From: Candidatus Eiseniibacteriota bacterium
GTDB lineage: Bacteria > Eisenbacteria > RBG-16-71-46
DNA: 64,000 nucleotides
NCBI GenBank assembly: GCA_963725865.1
Contig: CAVSAC010000014.1
Span: 864,001 to 928,000 of the forward strand
Direction of reading: 5' to 3'
Shown here piece after piece: positions 10,971-23,328 of the stretch (positions within the stretch are counted from its first letter, which is position 1; every line of letters starts with the position of its first letter). The translations under genes were made by a program, and so were the position numbers. Below the pieces are notes generated by a model. That model was not told where the DNA came from. It did no database searches and was given only the letters and a program-made list of their open reading frames with translations.

Positions 10971-11789
10971 TCAGCGCTTCTCGACGTCCACGCCCTTCGG
11001 CAGCGCGTCGGGATTGAGGACCTGCAGCTCGACGCGACGGTTGGCGGCGTAGTCGGCGTCACGCTTCTCGGGCGAGACCGCCAGCTTGGACTCGCCGTAG
11101 CCCTTGGCCGTCAGGTCGCCGCCATCGAGCTTGTAGTGACCGAGCAGGTACGACCGCACGGCCTCGGCGCGCGCCTGGCTCAGCCGCTGGTTGTAGGCGG
11201 CGGTGCCGCGCGAATCGGTGTGGCCCTGGATCTCGAACCGCACGCCCGGCAGCTTCTCGAGCGCCGCGCCCACCTCGTTCAGACGCGTCTCGGATTCGGG
11301 CAGGAGATTCGACTTGCCGGTCTCGAAGTAGAGGTCGCGCAGCACCAGGTTGCCCTTGAACAGCGCCTGCTCGGTCGCGGTCTGCGCGGGAGCGGGCGGC
11401 GGCGGCGGGGGCGGCGGCGGCGCGACCGGCTTGGCCGGGGCGGGCGGCGGCGGCGGCGGTGTCGCGCGCGCCATCTTCTGCTCCGCCGAGCAACCCTGCT
11501 TGTCGACCTTCACGCCCTTGGGGGTATTGGGGCACTGGTCGACGCCATCGCAGACGCCGTCCCCGTCGGTATCGACCGAGCAGCCCCACTGGTCGACGAC
11601 ACAGCCCTTCGGAGTACTCACGCAATCGTCGACGCGATCGAACACGCCATCGCCGTCCATGTCCACCGCGGGCCAGCGGAAGCAGGGCGCATTCGGATCG
11701 CGCTGCGCGGCTCCCTGATCCGCCGCGATCGCAGAGCCGGCGTACGCAAGGAGCAACGCAAGAGCGGCGAATACAGTCAGTCTTCTCAT
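10971..11789 (-). CDS. OmpA-family peptidoglycan-binding protein with two TSP3-like repeats and a Pro-rich linker, no beta-barrel
   Basis: Signal peptide MRRLTVFAALALLLAYAGSAIA; DxDGDGVxDxxDxC repeats; GHTDSRG..YNQRLS..RA and NRRVE. Confidence 0.92.
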   Translation of the reverse strand: MRRLTVFAALALLLAYAGSAIAADQGAAQRDPNAPCFRWPAVDMDGDGVFDRVDDCVSTPKGCVVDQWGCSVDTDGDGVCDGVDQCPNTPKGVKVDKQGCSAEQKMARATPPPPPPAPAKPVAPPPPPPPPPAPAQTATEQALFKGNLVLRDLYFETGKSNLLPESETRLNEVGAALEKLPGVRFEIQGHTDSRGTAAYNQRLSQARAEAVRSYLLGHYKLDGGDLTAKGYGESKLAVSPEKRDADYAANRRVELQVLNPDALPKGVDVEKR

Positions 11790-11917
11790 GGGATCCCTTC
11801 TTCGTCGCAGGTTGACCAAGCGCGTGACCACCGAGCCTGGTCCTTGTCCCGGTCCGGCCCGCGCATAGACGGCGAGATATATAGTCAGAATTCGTCCATT
11901 TGGGTAGTGTGCTTTGC

Positions 11918-12529
11918 ATGCGAACCCTGATGAAGCGACTGCTGCTCGGGTGCCTTCTGGTCGTTCCCACAACCGTTTACCCGCATTCGGACGCCGATTC
12001 GGGGGCCGCGATGATCGGCCACCCGGCGCCTGCCTGGAGCTTCGATCGATGGGCGCGCGGCGGTCCGCTCTCGCTCGCCGAGCTGCGCGGCAGGGTGGTG
12101 CTCATCCGCTTCTGGACCGAGCGCTGCAGCTTCTGCACGAACACGCTGCCGGCGCTCGAGCGCGCGCGCGTCGCGCACGCGGATGAAGGGTTCGTGGTGC
12201 TGGGAGCGTTCCATCCGCAGCGCGCGGCTCAGCACCGGAGCGACCGGCGCATCCTCGCGCTCGCCGACTCGCTGGGATTCCAGGGCCCGATCGCCGTGGA
12301 CGAGCGCTGGACCACGCTCGCCCGCTACTGGCTCACCGGCCACCCGGAGCGCAACTGGGTGTCGGTGTCGTTCCTGATCGGACGCGACGGCAACGTCCGC
12401 TGGGTGCACGGCGGCGGCGAATACCATCCGACCGACGACCCGCGCCACCATCGCTGCGACGTCCAGTGGAAGGAGTTCGAGCACGAGCTCGCGGCCGCGC
12501 TGGCCGCGCCCGCGCCCGCGAGCCCCTAG
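11918..12529 (+). CDS. TlpA/redoxin-family thiol-disulfide oxidoreductase, exported
   Basis: Signal peptide; LRGRVVLIRFWTERCSFC (CxxC); FLIGRDG.VR. Start 11918 or 11930. Confidence 0.88.
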   Translation: MRTLMKRLLLGCLLVVPTTVYPHSDADSGAAMIGHPAPAWSFDRWARGGPLSLAELRGRVVLIRFWTERCSFCTNTLPALERARVAHADEGFVVLGAFHPQRAAQHRSDRRILALADSLGFQGPIAVDERWTTLARYWLTGHPERNWVSVSFLIGRDGNVRWVHGGGEYHPTDDPRHHRCDVQWKEFEHELAAALAAPAPASP

Positions 12530-12536
12530 GCGGTCG

Positions 12537-14258
12537 CTAGCGGACCAGCGCGATGCGCGCGGTCCGCACCCGCGCGCCCTGCGCGAGCCGCACCAGGTAG
12601 ACGCCGGGAGCCAGGCCCGCGGCCCCGAAGCGCGCCACCTGCGGGCCGGCGCCGGTCGCCGGCAGCGCGCGCGCGGCCACGCGACGGCCCGCCGCGTCGA
12701 ACAGCTCGAGCGTGGCGGGACCACCCGCCGCGAGCCGATAGTCGATCGCGAAGTCGCCGCGCGCCGGGTTGGGCCGCGGCGCCAGCAGCGCGAGGCCGGC
12801 CGGCGCCTGCGCGTCCACGGCGAGCGGCACCGGGGTGAGCGCGCCCAGCCGCTGCAGGTAGACCGCGTAGTCCACCTCGTTGTTCGCCAACGGGACCGCC
12901 TCCAGCCAGCTCACGTAGCCGCCCGCGATCGACTGCGGATCGCGCTCGATGATGCTCGCGCCGAGGGGCACGCTGAGGTCGAAGCCGTCCGCGGGCCAGC
13001 CCGCCGCGAGCGCGCCCGCCGCTTCGACGCGCTGCGCCCGCACGCCGCGGACCGCGACGGCGCTCCCCACCGGCTGCCACGCGCCGTCCCACGCCACCAC
13101 CGCGCCGCCGAGCGGATCGCGCAGGACGGTGGTCGTCGAGGGGCCCTCGACGTTGGGCGTGCCGGAGAGCGCGACGCCGCTCTCGCTCCAGCCCGGCGCC
13201 CAGCCGCCCGCACCGGTCATCCGGGTGATCCAGGCGGGCCGCTCGCCGTAAGCGCCGCCCGCCCACGCGACGTACACGCCGCCCGCGCCGTCGAGTGCCA
13301 ACGCCGGCGCGATGTGCGAGCCCGGGTGCACTCCGACCTCGGTGCCCGCCAGCGTCCAGCCGGGCAGCGCGCCGCCCATGATGGAGCAGCGCGTCACCCA
13401 CACGCTGGGATCCCCCGCGGCATCGGCGGCCTGCCACGCGAGGTAGGCGCCCGTGCCGCCGTCGGAGACCAGCTGCGGCGCGGGATACAGCGTGCGCGGG
13501 ATCGGGAAGGCGATCGACCACTGCGCCTGCAGCGCCGGATCGAGACGCTGCAGGCGCAGCGTGGTCGCGACCCCCGCGGCGGCCACGTCCTGCTCGTGCC
13601 ACAGCAGGTAGCAGCCGCCGGCGCGGTCGCTCGCGAGCCGCGCGCTGGCGATCGAGAGCACGCTCGGCGAGACCACGCGCGTCACCACGCCGTCCAGGTG
13701 CGCGGGATCGATCGTGCCGTCGCCGCGCAGGTGTTGCACGACCAGCGCCACGGCGGGTGCCCCGCGCGAATCGAGCCACGCCACGAACGCGCCGCCGGCA
13801 TCGTCGCTCGCGGTGGCGAGCACGCTCGGCGCACCGCTCGCGCCGCACACCGTCACCGGCCCGGACCAGCCCGCGCCCGCACCGCCCTGCGCGCCGTAGT
13901 GGAGCGCGTACAGGTCGAAGTCGCCGGTCCCGTCGTCGAGCGTGTGGAACAGCACCAGGCCGCCCGCGCCGTCGCCCACGCCCCGGGTGCCGAGCGGCGC
14001 GATCGGCCATCCGGTGACGGTCGTGCCGTCGGCCGCGACGCGGCGCGCCGATGCGAAGTAGGGCCGGCCCGAGACCACGATCGCGCCGCCGAAGCCATCC
14101 GGCAGCAATTGGTGGGCGGGCGCCAGTCGGCCCTGCGAGGGCGGGTCGTACACGATCACGCCGGCCGCCGGCCACTCCGCGCGCGCGGAGCCGGACAGCA
14201 GGAGCGGGAGCACGACGGCCAGTCGCCGGATGCAGGAACACGGATGCGGACTGCGCAA
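12537..14258 (-). CDS. Secreted repeat (probable beta-propeller) protein with C-terminal FlgD-Ig/T9SS-like domain
   Basis: GAGG then TTG start; signal peptide ending ARA; repeats DGxGGAxVAW; tail PRPNP...LFDAAGRRV...PGVYLVRL...IALVR*. It is the 3' part of the 1806-aa shadow ORF. Confidence 0.85.
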   Translation of the reverse strand: MRSPHPCSCIRRLAVVLPLLLSGSARAEWPAAGVIVYDPPSQGRLAPAHQLLPDGFGGAIVVSGRPYFASARRVAADGTTVTGWPIAPLGTRGVGDGAGGLVLFHTLDDGTGDFDLYALHYGAQGGAGAGWSGPVTVCGASGAPSVLATASDDAGGAFVAWLDSRGAPAVALVVQHLRGDGTIDPAHLDGVVTRVVSPSVLSIASARLASDRAGGCYLLWHEQDVAAAGVATTLRLQRLDPALQAQWSIAFPIPRTLYPAPQLVSDGGTGAYLAWQAADAAGDPSVWVTRCSIMGGALPGWTLAGTEVGVHPGSHIAPALALDGAGGVYVAWAGGAYGERPAWITRMTGAGGWAPGWSESGVALSGTPNVEGPSTTTVLRDPLGGAVVAWDGAWQPVGSAVAVRGVRAQRVEAAGALAAGWPADGFDLSVPLGASIIERDPQSIAGGYVSWLEAVPLANNEVDYAVYLQRLGALTPVPLAVDAQAPAGLALLAPRPNPARGDFAIDYRLAAGGPATLELFDAAGRRVAARALPATGAGPQVARFGAAGLAPGVYLVRLAQGARVRTARIALVR

Positions 14259-14507
14259 TGGGACCTCGGTCGCGGGCGGTCCGGAACGGGGGACGGCACA
14301 TGAAGTGTGCGCCTTCCGAGCGCGCGCGGGCAACGGCGAACGCGCGCCGCCGCCGCGCGGCGGGCGCCGGCGCGCGCGACCGCGCCTTGGGAGCACCCAC
14401 GGGCCTCTGCTAGTGTCGCGCCCGCTCCGCGCCCCGACGCGGGGCACCGATCCACCGCCGTGGGGCAGCCCGTGGCGGCTTTTCGCGTTTCGCGCCCGCC
14501 AGGAGCC

Positions 14508-17960
<3,453 letters not shown>

Positions 17961-17979
17961 CCCCGCGCGGGTCCGCGCT

Positions 17980-18215
17980 CTACCGGATCACGGCGACCTT
18001 CATCGTGGCGCTGGTGCGCCCGCTCGCGTCGCGGGCGCGCAGGAAGTAGATGCCGCCGCGCAGCGGCGGGCGGAACTCAGGGGGTCGATGGCGAACGCGC
18101 TGCGCCCGCGCCGGCGGAGCTGGCGTCCGCACGCCAGACGACGCGGCCCTGCAGGTCGTAGAGCTTCACCTCGAGCGGACCCGGGGCCGCGTTCACCGCA
18201 CCCTGCGTCCGCCAT
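17980..18215 (-). pseudogene. Orphan, frameshifted FlgD-Ig/T9SS-like C-terminal domain remnant
   Basis: Three frames give LEVKLYDLQGRVVWR / GRSAFAIDP / PEFRPPLRGGIYFLRARDASGRTSATMKVAVIR* (TAG 17980-17982), joined by single-base losses in G/C runs. Confidence 0.7.
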
Positions 18216-18344
18216 CCGGAGAGTCCTCCATGAGGATACCTGAGCGGAGAGGGCGCCGAGCCATCGGATCCGCCCTTACGTTTGCCCGGCCCCCGCCGCT
18301 GCTCTACCTTCCCGTCCTCACCCTGAACCCGAGGACTGCCCACC

Positions 18345-19835
18345 ATGACCGATCCGATCCATCCCGGGCGCTTGGCGCGTCCGTGGCTCGCGCCCGCGGC
18401 CGCGTTGCTCGTCGCCGGCGCCGCGCTGCTCGCGGGCTGTTCGAAGGTGCCGGAGCGCGAGGTGCTCGCGCGCGTCGGGACCCGCGTCCTGACCGCCGAC
18501 GACTTCCGCTCCATCGCCAAGGACAATGCCCCGCAGTACCCGTTCGCGCCCGACAGCGCCAAGCACGCGATGCTCGACGACATGGTGCGGCGCGAGCTGA
18601 TGCTGGTCGCGGGACAGCGGCTGGGTCTCGACAAGGACAGCGCCGTGGTGGCCGCGCGCGCGGTCGGCGACGACGACCTGCTGGCGCGTTCGCTGTTCGA
18701 GCGGCTCGCCCCCAACGACGTGGCGGTGAGCGACAGCGAGGTGGCGCAGCTCCACCGCTGGCGCGGCACCAAGAACCACGTGATGCTCCTGTACACGCCC
18801 GCGCGCGCGAACGCCGATCGCGCGGTGGCGGACCTCAAGGCGGGGCACCCGTTCGCGAAGGTCTCCGAGCAGTTCGGCCAGGCCGGCGTGGTGCCGCCCG
18901 GCGGCGACCTGGGCTGGATGGTCGCCGGCCAGCTCGTCGATCCGCTCGACCAGCTGGTGCGCGACGCGGCGCTCGGCGTTCCGCTGGGCCCGGTCGCGGC
19001 GCCGACCGAGGGCTGGCTCGTGGCGCTGGTCACCGAGCGCCAGCCGCAGCCGACCGGCTCGCTCGAGGAGGAGAAGCCGTTCCTCAAGAACATGCTGCGC
19101 CAGCGCAAGCAGCGCACCATCGCGATGAAGGCGTTCCAGCAGCTGCGCGAGCAGTACCACGTGGCCGTCGACCCGCGCGGCCCGCTCACGCTGTTCCAAC
19201 TCGGCAGCGCCGGTGGCGCGACGACGATGCCCGACACCACGCAGGTGCTCGCCACCTACGACGGCGACCGCGGCGCGCACCTGCGCTACACCGTCGGCGA
19301 CGCGATGAAGGACATGGCCAACCCGGCGCGCGACCGGCCGCCGTTCCAGTCCACCGCGGCGCTCCAGACGTGGATCGACGGCCAGGTCATCCCGCGCGTC
19401 GCGGTGATCGAGGCGCGCCGCCGCCACCTCGAGAAGGAGCCCGACGTGGCCCGCCGCATCCGCGCGCGGGTGGAGAACGCCATGCTCCAGCGCGTCTACG
19501 AGCTGAAGGTGATGACCGGGCTCGACGTCACGGACGACGAGGTGCTGGCGCACTACACCGAGCGCGCCGCGATGTTCACGCGCACCGATTCGACCGGCCG
19601 GGTGATCCCGCCGCCGGCGTTCGCCGCGCTGCCGGAGAACCTGCGCCAGGGGCTGCGCCAGGAGGCGCTGATGATGAAGCGCGATGCGCGCCTGCGCGAG
19701 CTGACGACCGAGATCGAGCACACGGTGAAGCCGTTCGAGGTGCACCCCGAGCGGCTCCAGCGCCTCGAATGGCCGGCACCGGAGCCCACCGCGATGCAGG
19801 GCATGCCGGGCGGGATGCCGTCCGGGCATCCGTGA
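18345..19835 (+). CDS. PpiC/parvulin-type PPIase / SurA-like chaperone lipoprotein
   Basis: GAGG RBS; lipobox LLAGC; VLARVG...LT..DF; F..V...F....GGDLGW; position downstream of mfd. Confidence 0.8.
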   Translation: MTDPIHPGRLARPWLAPAAALLVAGAALLAGCSKVPEREVLARVGTRVLTADDFRSIAKDNAPQYPFAPDSAKHAMLDDMVRRELMLVAGQRLGLDKDSAVVAARAVGDDDLLARSLFERLAPNDVAVSDSEVAQLHRWRGTKNHVMLLYTPARANADRAVADLKAGHPFAKVSEQFGQAGVVPPGGDLGWMVAGQLVDPLDQLVRDAALGVPLGPVAAPTEGWLVALVTERQPQPTGSLEEEKPFLKNMLRQRKQRTIAMKAFQQLREQYHVAVDPRGPLTLFQLGSAGGATTMPDTTQVLATYDGDRGAHLRYTVGDAMKDMANPARDRPPFQSTAALQTWIDGQVIPRVAVIEARRRHLEKEPDVARRIRARVENAMLQRVYELKVMTGLDVTDDEVLAHYTERAAMFTRTDSTGRVIPPPAFAALPENLRQGLRQEALMMKRDARLRELTTEIEHTVKPFEVHPERLQRLEWPAPEPTAMQGMPGGMPSGHP

Positions 19836-19952
19836 GGATGGGCCGCCGGATCTCCGGCTGACGAACGGGCTCGACCGGCCTTCGCGGGGTAGACGGCGCG
19901 GCGGGGCGCGATCCTTGCGCCCCGCGGGGGAACTCCGCGCCGTGTCGGAACC

Positions 19953-20729
19953 TCAGCGCAGCCGGCGACGCACCTCGGCCGCCCGCCGCTCGCTCGCTTC
20001 GACGCGCGTGCCGTCCTTCAGTCGCAGCACGAGCACGCCTTCCTCGCCGCCGTAGGACTCGATCGCGTCGACGTTCACCAACGCGCCGCGATGGACCCGC
20101 ACGAAGCGGCCCTCCGGCAGGCGCGTCTCCAACTCCTGGAGCGTGTAGTCCACCAGATACTCGTGCCCTTCGCAACGGGCAAGTACGAGCCGGTCGCGCG
20201 AGAAGATCAGCGGCACCTCGGTCAGGTCCAGCAGCCGCACTTCGCGGCGGTGGCGCACCGGAAGGCGCTTGAGCTCCGGCCGCTGCTCGCTGAGCGGCGT
20301 GGCGTCGAGCGCCTGCTGCAGCGCCCGCGAGCGCGACGCCGCGCGTCCGGCGCGATGCTCCTCGATCACGCGCTGCACCGTCTCGGCGAGCCGCTCGCGG
20401 CGGATCGGCTTCAGCACGTAGTCGAGTGCCGCGACCTCGAACGCCTCGACCGCGTAGCGGTCGTACGCCGTCACGAACACCACGATCGGCGCCTCGGGCC
20501 CGCGCAGGTGGCGGGCGACCTCGAGGCCCGAGAGGTCGGGCATGTGGATGTCGAGGAACACCACGTCGGGCTTGAGCTTCGCGGTCAGCGTCAGCGCCTC
20601 GGCGCCCCCGCGCGCCACGCCCACCACCTGCAGGTCCTCGTGCTCGCCCAGCAGCTTCTCCAGGAACTGGCGCGCGCGCGGCTCGTCGTCGGCGAGCACC
20701 GTGCGCAGGCGCGCGGCCCGCTCGGTCAT
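19953..20729 (-). CDS. LytTR-family response regulator
   Basis: LADDE, FLDIHMP, FVTAYD, DYVLKP, FVRVHR; ATGA overlap with kinase stop. Confidence 0.95.
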   Translation of the reverse strand: MTERAARLRTVLADDEPRARQFLEKLLGEHEDLQVVGVARGGAEALTLTAKLKPDVVFLDIHMPDLSGLEVARHLRGPEAPIVVFVTAYDRYAVEAFEVAALDYVLKPIRRERLAETVQRVIEEHRAGRAASRSRALQQALDATPLSEQRPELKRLPVRHRREVRLLDLTEVPLIFSRDRLVLARCEGHEYLVDYTLQELETRLPEGRFVRVHRGALVNVDAIESYGGEEGVLVLRLKDGTRVEASERRAAEVRRRLR

Positions 20730-22966
20730 GCGGCCACCTCCTTCTCGCCGGTCACCGGCCAGCGCACCGTGACCGTGAAGCCCCCCTGCGGGCGGCGCTC
20801 GGCGCGCATGCTCGCGCCGGTGCCCCCGAAGCGCATCACGCGCTGCTCCAGGTTCTGCAGCCCGACGCCGAGCCCCGGCAGCCCGTTGCCCGTGCAGTCG
20901 CCGTCGTCCACGAACCGGAGCGTGAACCAGCCGTCGGAGCGCGCCGCCTCGAGCCGCAGGTGGAGCGCGCCGGCGGCGGGCCCGCAGCCGTGCTTGAGGC
21001 TGTTCTCGACCAGCGGCTGCAGCAGCAGCGGCGGCACCGGGGTGTTGAGCAGCTCCGGCGGACCGGCGAACTCGAACGACAGGTCGTTCTCGTAGCGCTC
21101 GCGCGCGACGCCCAGGTAGTCCTCGACGAAGCCGATCTCCTCCGACAGCAGCGCCGCCGGACGCTCGCTCGCCTCCACCGTGTAGCGCAGCATGTCGGCC
21201 AGCCGCTCGGTGAAGCGCTGGGCGGCCGGCGGGTCGGTCTCGATCAGGTACGACAGCGTGTTGAGCGCGTTGAACAGGAAGTGCGGCTGGACCTGCGCGT
21301 GCAGCGCCCGCAGCTCGGCGCGGGTGGCGGCCTCGCGCAGCTCCACGGCGGCGCGCTCGGCGGCCGCGCGGTGCGCCTGCAGCGCCAGGTTCTCGAGCCG
21401 CACGCCGGCCTGCAGGAACAGGTTCTCGACCGCCTCGGCGGCGTCGCCCGGCACCAGCTCGTCGTCGCCCAGCAGCGGCGGCCCGCCCTCGGGCCACACC
21501 ACCGCGACCGGGCGCTTCAGGCCGCTGGCGAGTCCGCGCTCGACCACCGCGCGCACCTCGCCGGCGTCGAGCGCCGACAGCAGCGCGTGGCCGGCATGAT
21601 CGAGCGCCGCGCGCAGCGCGCGTGGGTCGCGCCCGTAGAGGCGGTCGAGCGCCCGCTGCACGCGCTCGCGCAGGGGCGCGAACGCGAACGCCACCACCAG
21701 CGCGGCGAACACGTTGAACACCATCGCCTGCTCGCCGGTGGCCGCCGCGAACAGGCGCTGCGCCACCAGCACCACCGCCAGGTACAACGCGGCGAGGATG
21801 CCGGACAGCAGCGCGTAGGGCACGCTGCGCACCAGCAGGCGGCGCGGGTCGAACAGCGGATCGTTCGCGATCAGGAACGCCATGATGAGCGGCGAGAAGA
21901 ACCAGCCGAGCGTGAGGCTGGTGAGCAGCAGGCGGACCGCCGGGATGCTCAGGAGCACCAGGACGCGCGGGTCCGAGAACAGAGGATCGATCAGGGCGTT
22001 CAGCAGCAGCGTGGCCGCGAGCACGACCGCGAGCACGCGCTCGCCGCGCCCGGGCCGCCAGTCCCGATCGGCGGGCAGCAGGTAGCGCCCGAGCAGCGAG
22101 GCCACGCCCAGCACCGTCGCCGCGGCCTGGAACCACACGAACGTGTTCTCGAGCGCGTCGCCGCCGGCCGGGTGCTGCACGATCAGCGCCACCGGCACCA
22201 GGTACGCGGCCACCACCAGCCAGAACCACGGACTCCGCGTGCGGCCCGCGCGCGTCCAGCGGGGGCGCGGGAACACGGTCATGAGGTGCAGGAACGCGGC
22301 CGGCGCCCACACGGTGAGCCAGTCGTAGAGGGTGAGGTAGACCCGCATCGCGCCGGTCGGCTCGAACTGCCGCGCGGGGAACAGCCCCCACACCGCAGCC
22401 AGGCCCTGCAGCGCCGCGAACCACAGGAACACCCAGGCGGCGCTCAGGTCGGGGCGGCGCCACACCAGCAGCAGCGCCACCAGCGGCGTGCAGATGACGG
22501 CGACCATCGGGAACGTCGTGAGCCGGATGCGCTGCCAGCCGGTCAGCTGCACCGGCGGCATCAGCACGAAGCGCGTGACACCGTCGCGCTGGATCTCGAG
22601 CGTGAACCGGCCGCGCGGCCAGCGATCGCCGCGTTCCATCGCCTCGCGCATCTCGCGGATGCCGACGAAGTGCTGGCCCTCCCACCCGATGATGACGTCG
22701 CCCGGCTGCAGGATCCCGCGCGCCGGCGGGCCGAGGACCCGGGCGACGACGGGATGGCTGCTCTGCCGCCAGTCGAGATCGACGTTGAGCCGCTGGAACG
22801 GCGTATGGGTGAGAAAGCGCGGGGTCCCGATCGCGACGGCCGCGAGGACCATCAGCAGCGCGAGCGCGCGGCGAAGGCGGTGGAGGGGTCGCACGTCGCG
22901 ACTGTCCCACAGGGCCGCGGAGCGCTCAACGAGCGTGGGCTGCGTTGTCGGGAGTATCCGGTCCAC
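20726..22966 (-). CDS. LytS-type sensor histidine kinase with extracytoplasmic PDZ-like domain and multi-TM region
   Basis: LQPGDVII...LEIQRDG (PDZ-like); about 8-9 TM helices; AQVQPHFLFNALN, LLQPLVENSLKHG, GVGLQNL. Start codon uncertain. Confidence 0.88.
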   Translation of the reverse strand: MDRILPTTQPTLVERSAALWDSRDVRPLHRLRRALALLMVLAAVAIGTPRFLTHTPFQRLNVDLDWRQSSHPVVARVLGPPARGILQPGDVIIGWEGQHFVGIREMREAMERGDRWPRGRFTLEIQRDGVTRFVLMPPVQLTGWQRIRLTTFPMVAVICTPLVALLLVWRRPDLSAAWVFLWFAALQGLAAVWGLFPARQFEPTGAMRVYLTLYDWLTVWAPAAFLHLMTVFPRPRWTRAGRTRSPWFWLVVAAYLVPVALIVQHPAGGDALENTFVWFQAAATVLGVASLLGRYLLPADRDWRPGRGERVLAVVLAATLLLNALIDPLFSDPRVLVLLSIPAVRLLLTSLTLGWFFSPLIMAFLIANDPLFDPRRLLVRSVPYALLSGILAALYLAVVLVAQRLFAAATGEQAMVFNVFAALVVAFAFAPLRERVQRALDRLYGRDPRALRAALDHAGHALLSALDAGEVRAVVERGLASGLKRPVAVVWPEGGPPLLGDDELVPGDAAEAVENLFLQAGVRLENLALQAHRAAAERAAVELREAATRAELRALHAQVQPHFLFNALNTLSYLIETDPPAAQRFTERLADMLRYTVEASERPAALLSEEIGFVEDYLGVARERYENDLSFEFAGPPELLNTPVPPLLLQPLVENSLKHGCGPAAGALHLRLEAARSDGWFTLRFVDDGDCTGNGLPGLGVGLQNLEQRVMRFGGTGASMRAERRPQGGFTVTVRWPVTGEKEVAA

Positions 22967-23328
22967 GGGGGGCCCGTCTGGAGGAAGGAGGAGGGGTGGC
23001 GGGTTTCGCGGATGCAGTATCGCCCGCGCGCGCGCCGGACCGCGGCCCCGCCGCGACGAGCGCGGCAGATGCTCGACACCAGCGCGGGCCGCATCCAGCG
23101 CGGTCGCGCGCCATGGCGGGCCGGCGTCGCGCGCGGCGCGGGCACGCGTCGACTTCGCTCCTGACGAAGACTTGTGGAATGGGGGCCCCGAGTTTGCAGT
23201 AGGTCCGTCGGGAGGCAGCCGCTATACTGCCCCGCTGCTTCACCGTGCGGGGCTCCACCGGCCCCCTGGCCACGCGCGGATCCGCGGCCCCGCGGACGCG
23301 GTGCCGTTCCATCCCATGGAGGCGTGCA

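Noticed and set aside
14296..14310. Short palindrome GCACA-N5-TGTGC between divergent genes
   Set aside because: Too short and seen only once; cannot be distinguished from chance.
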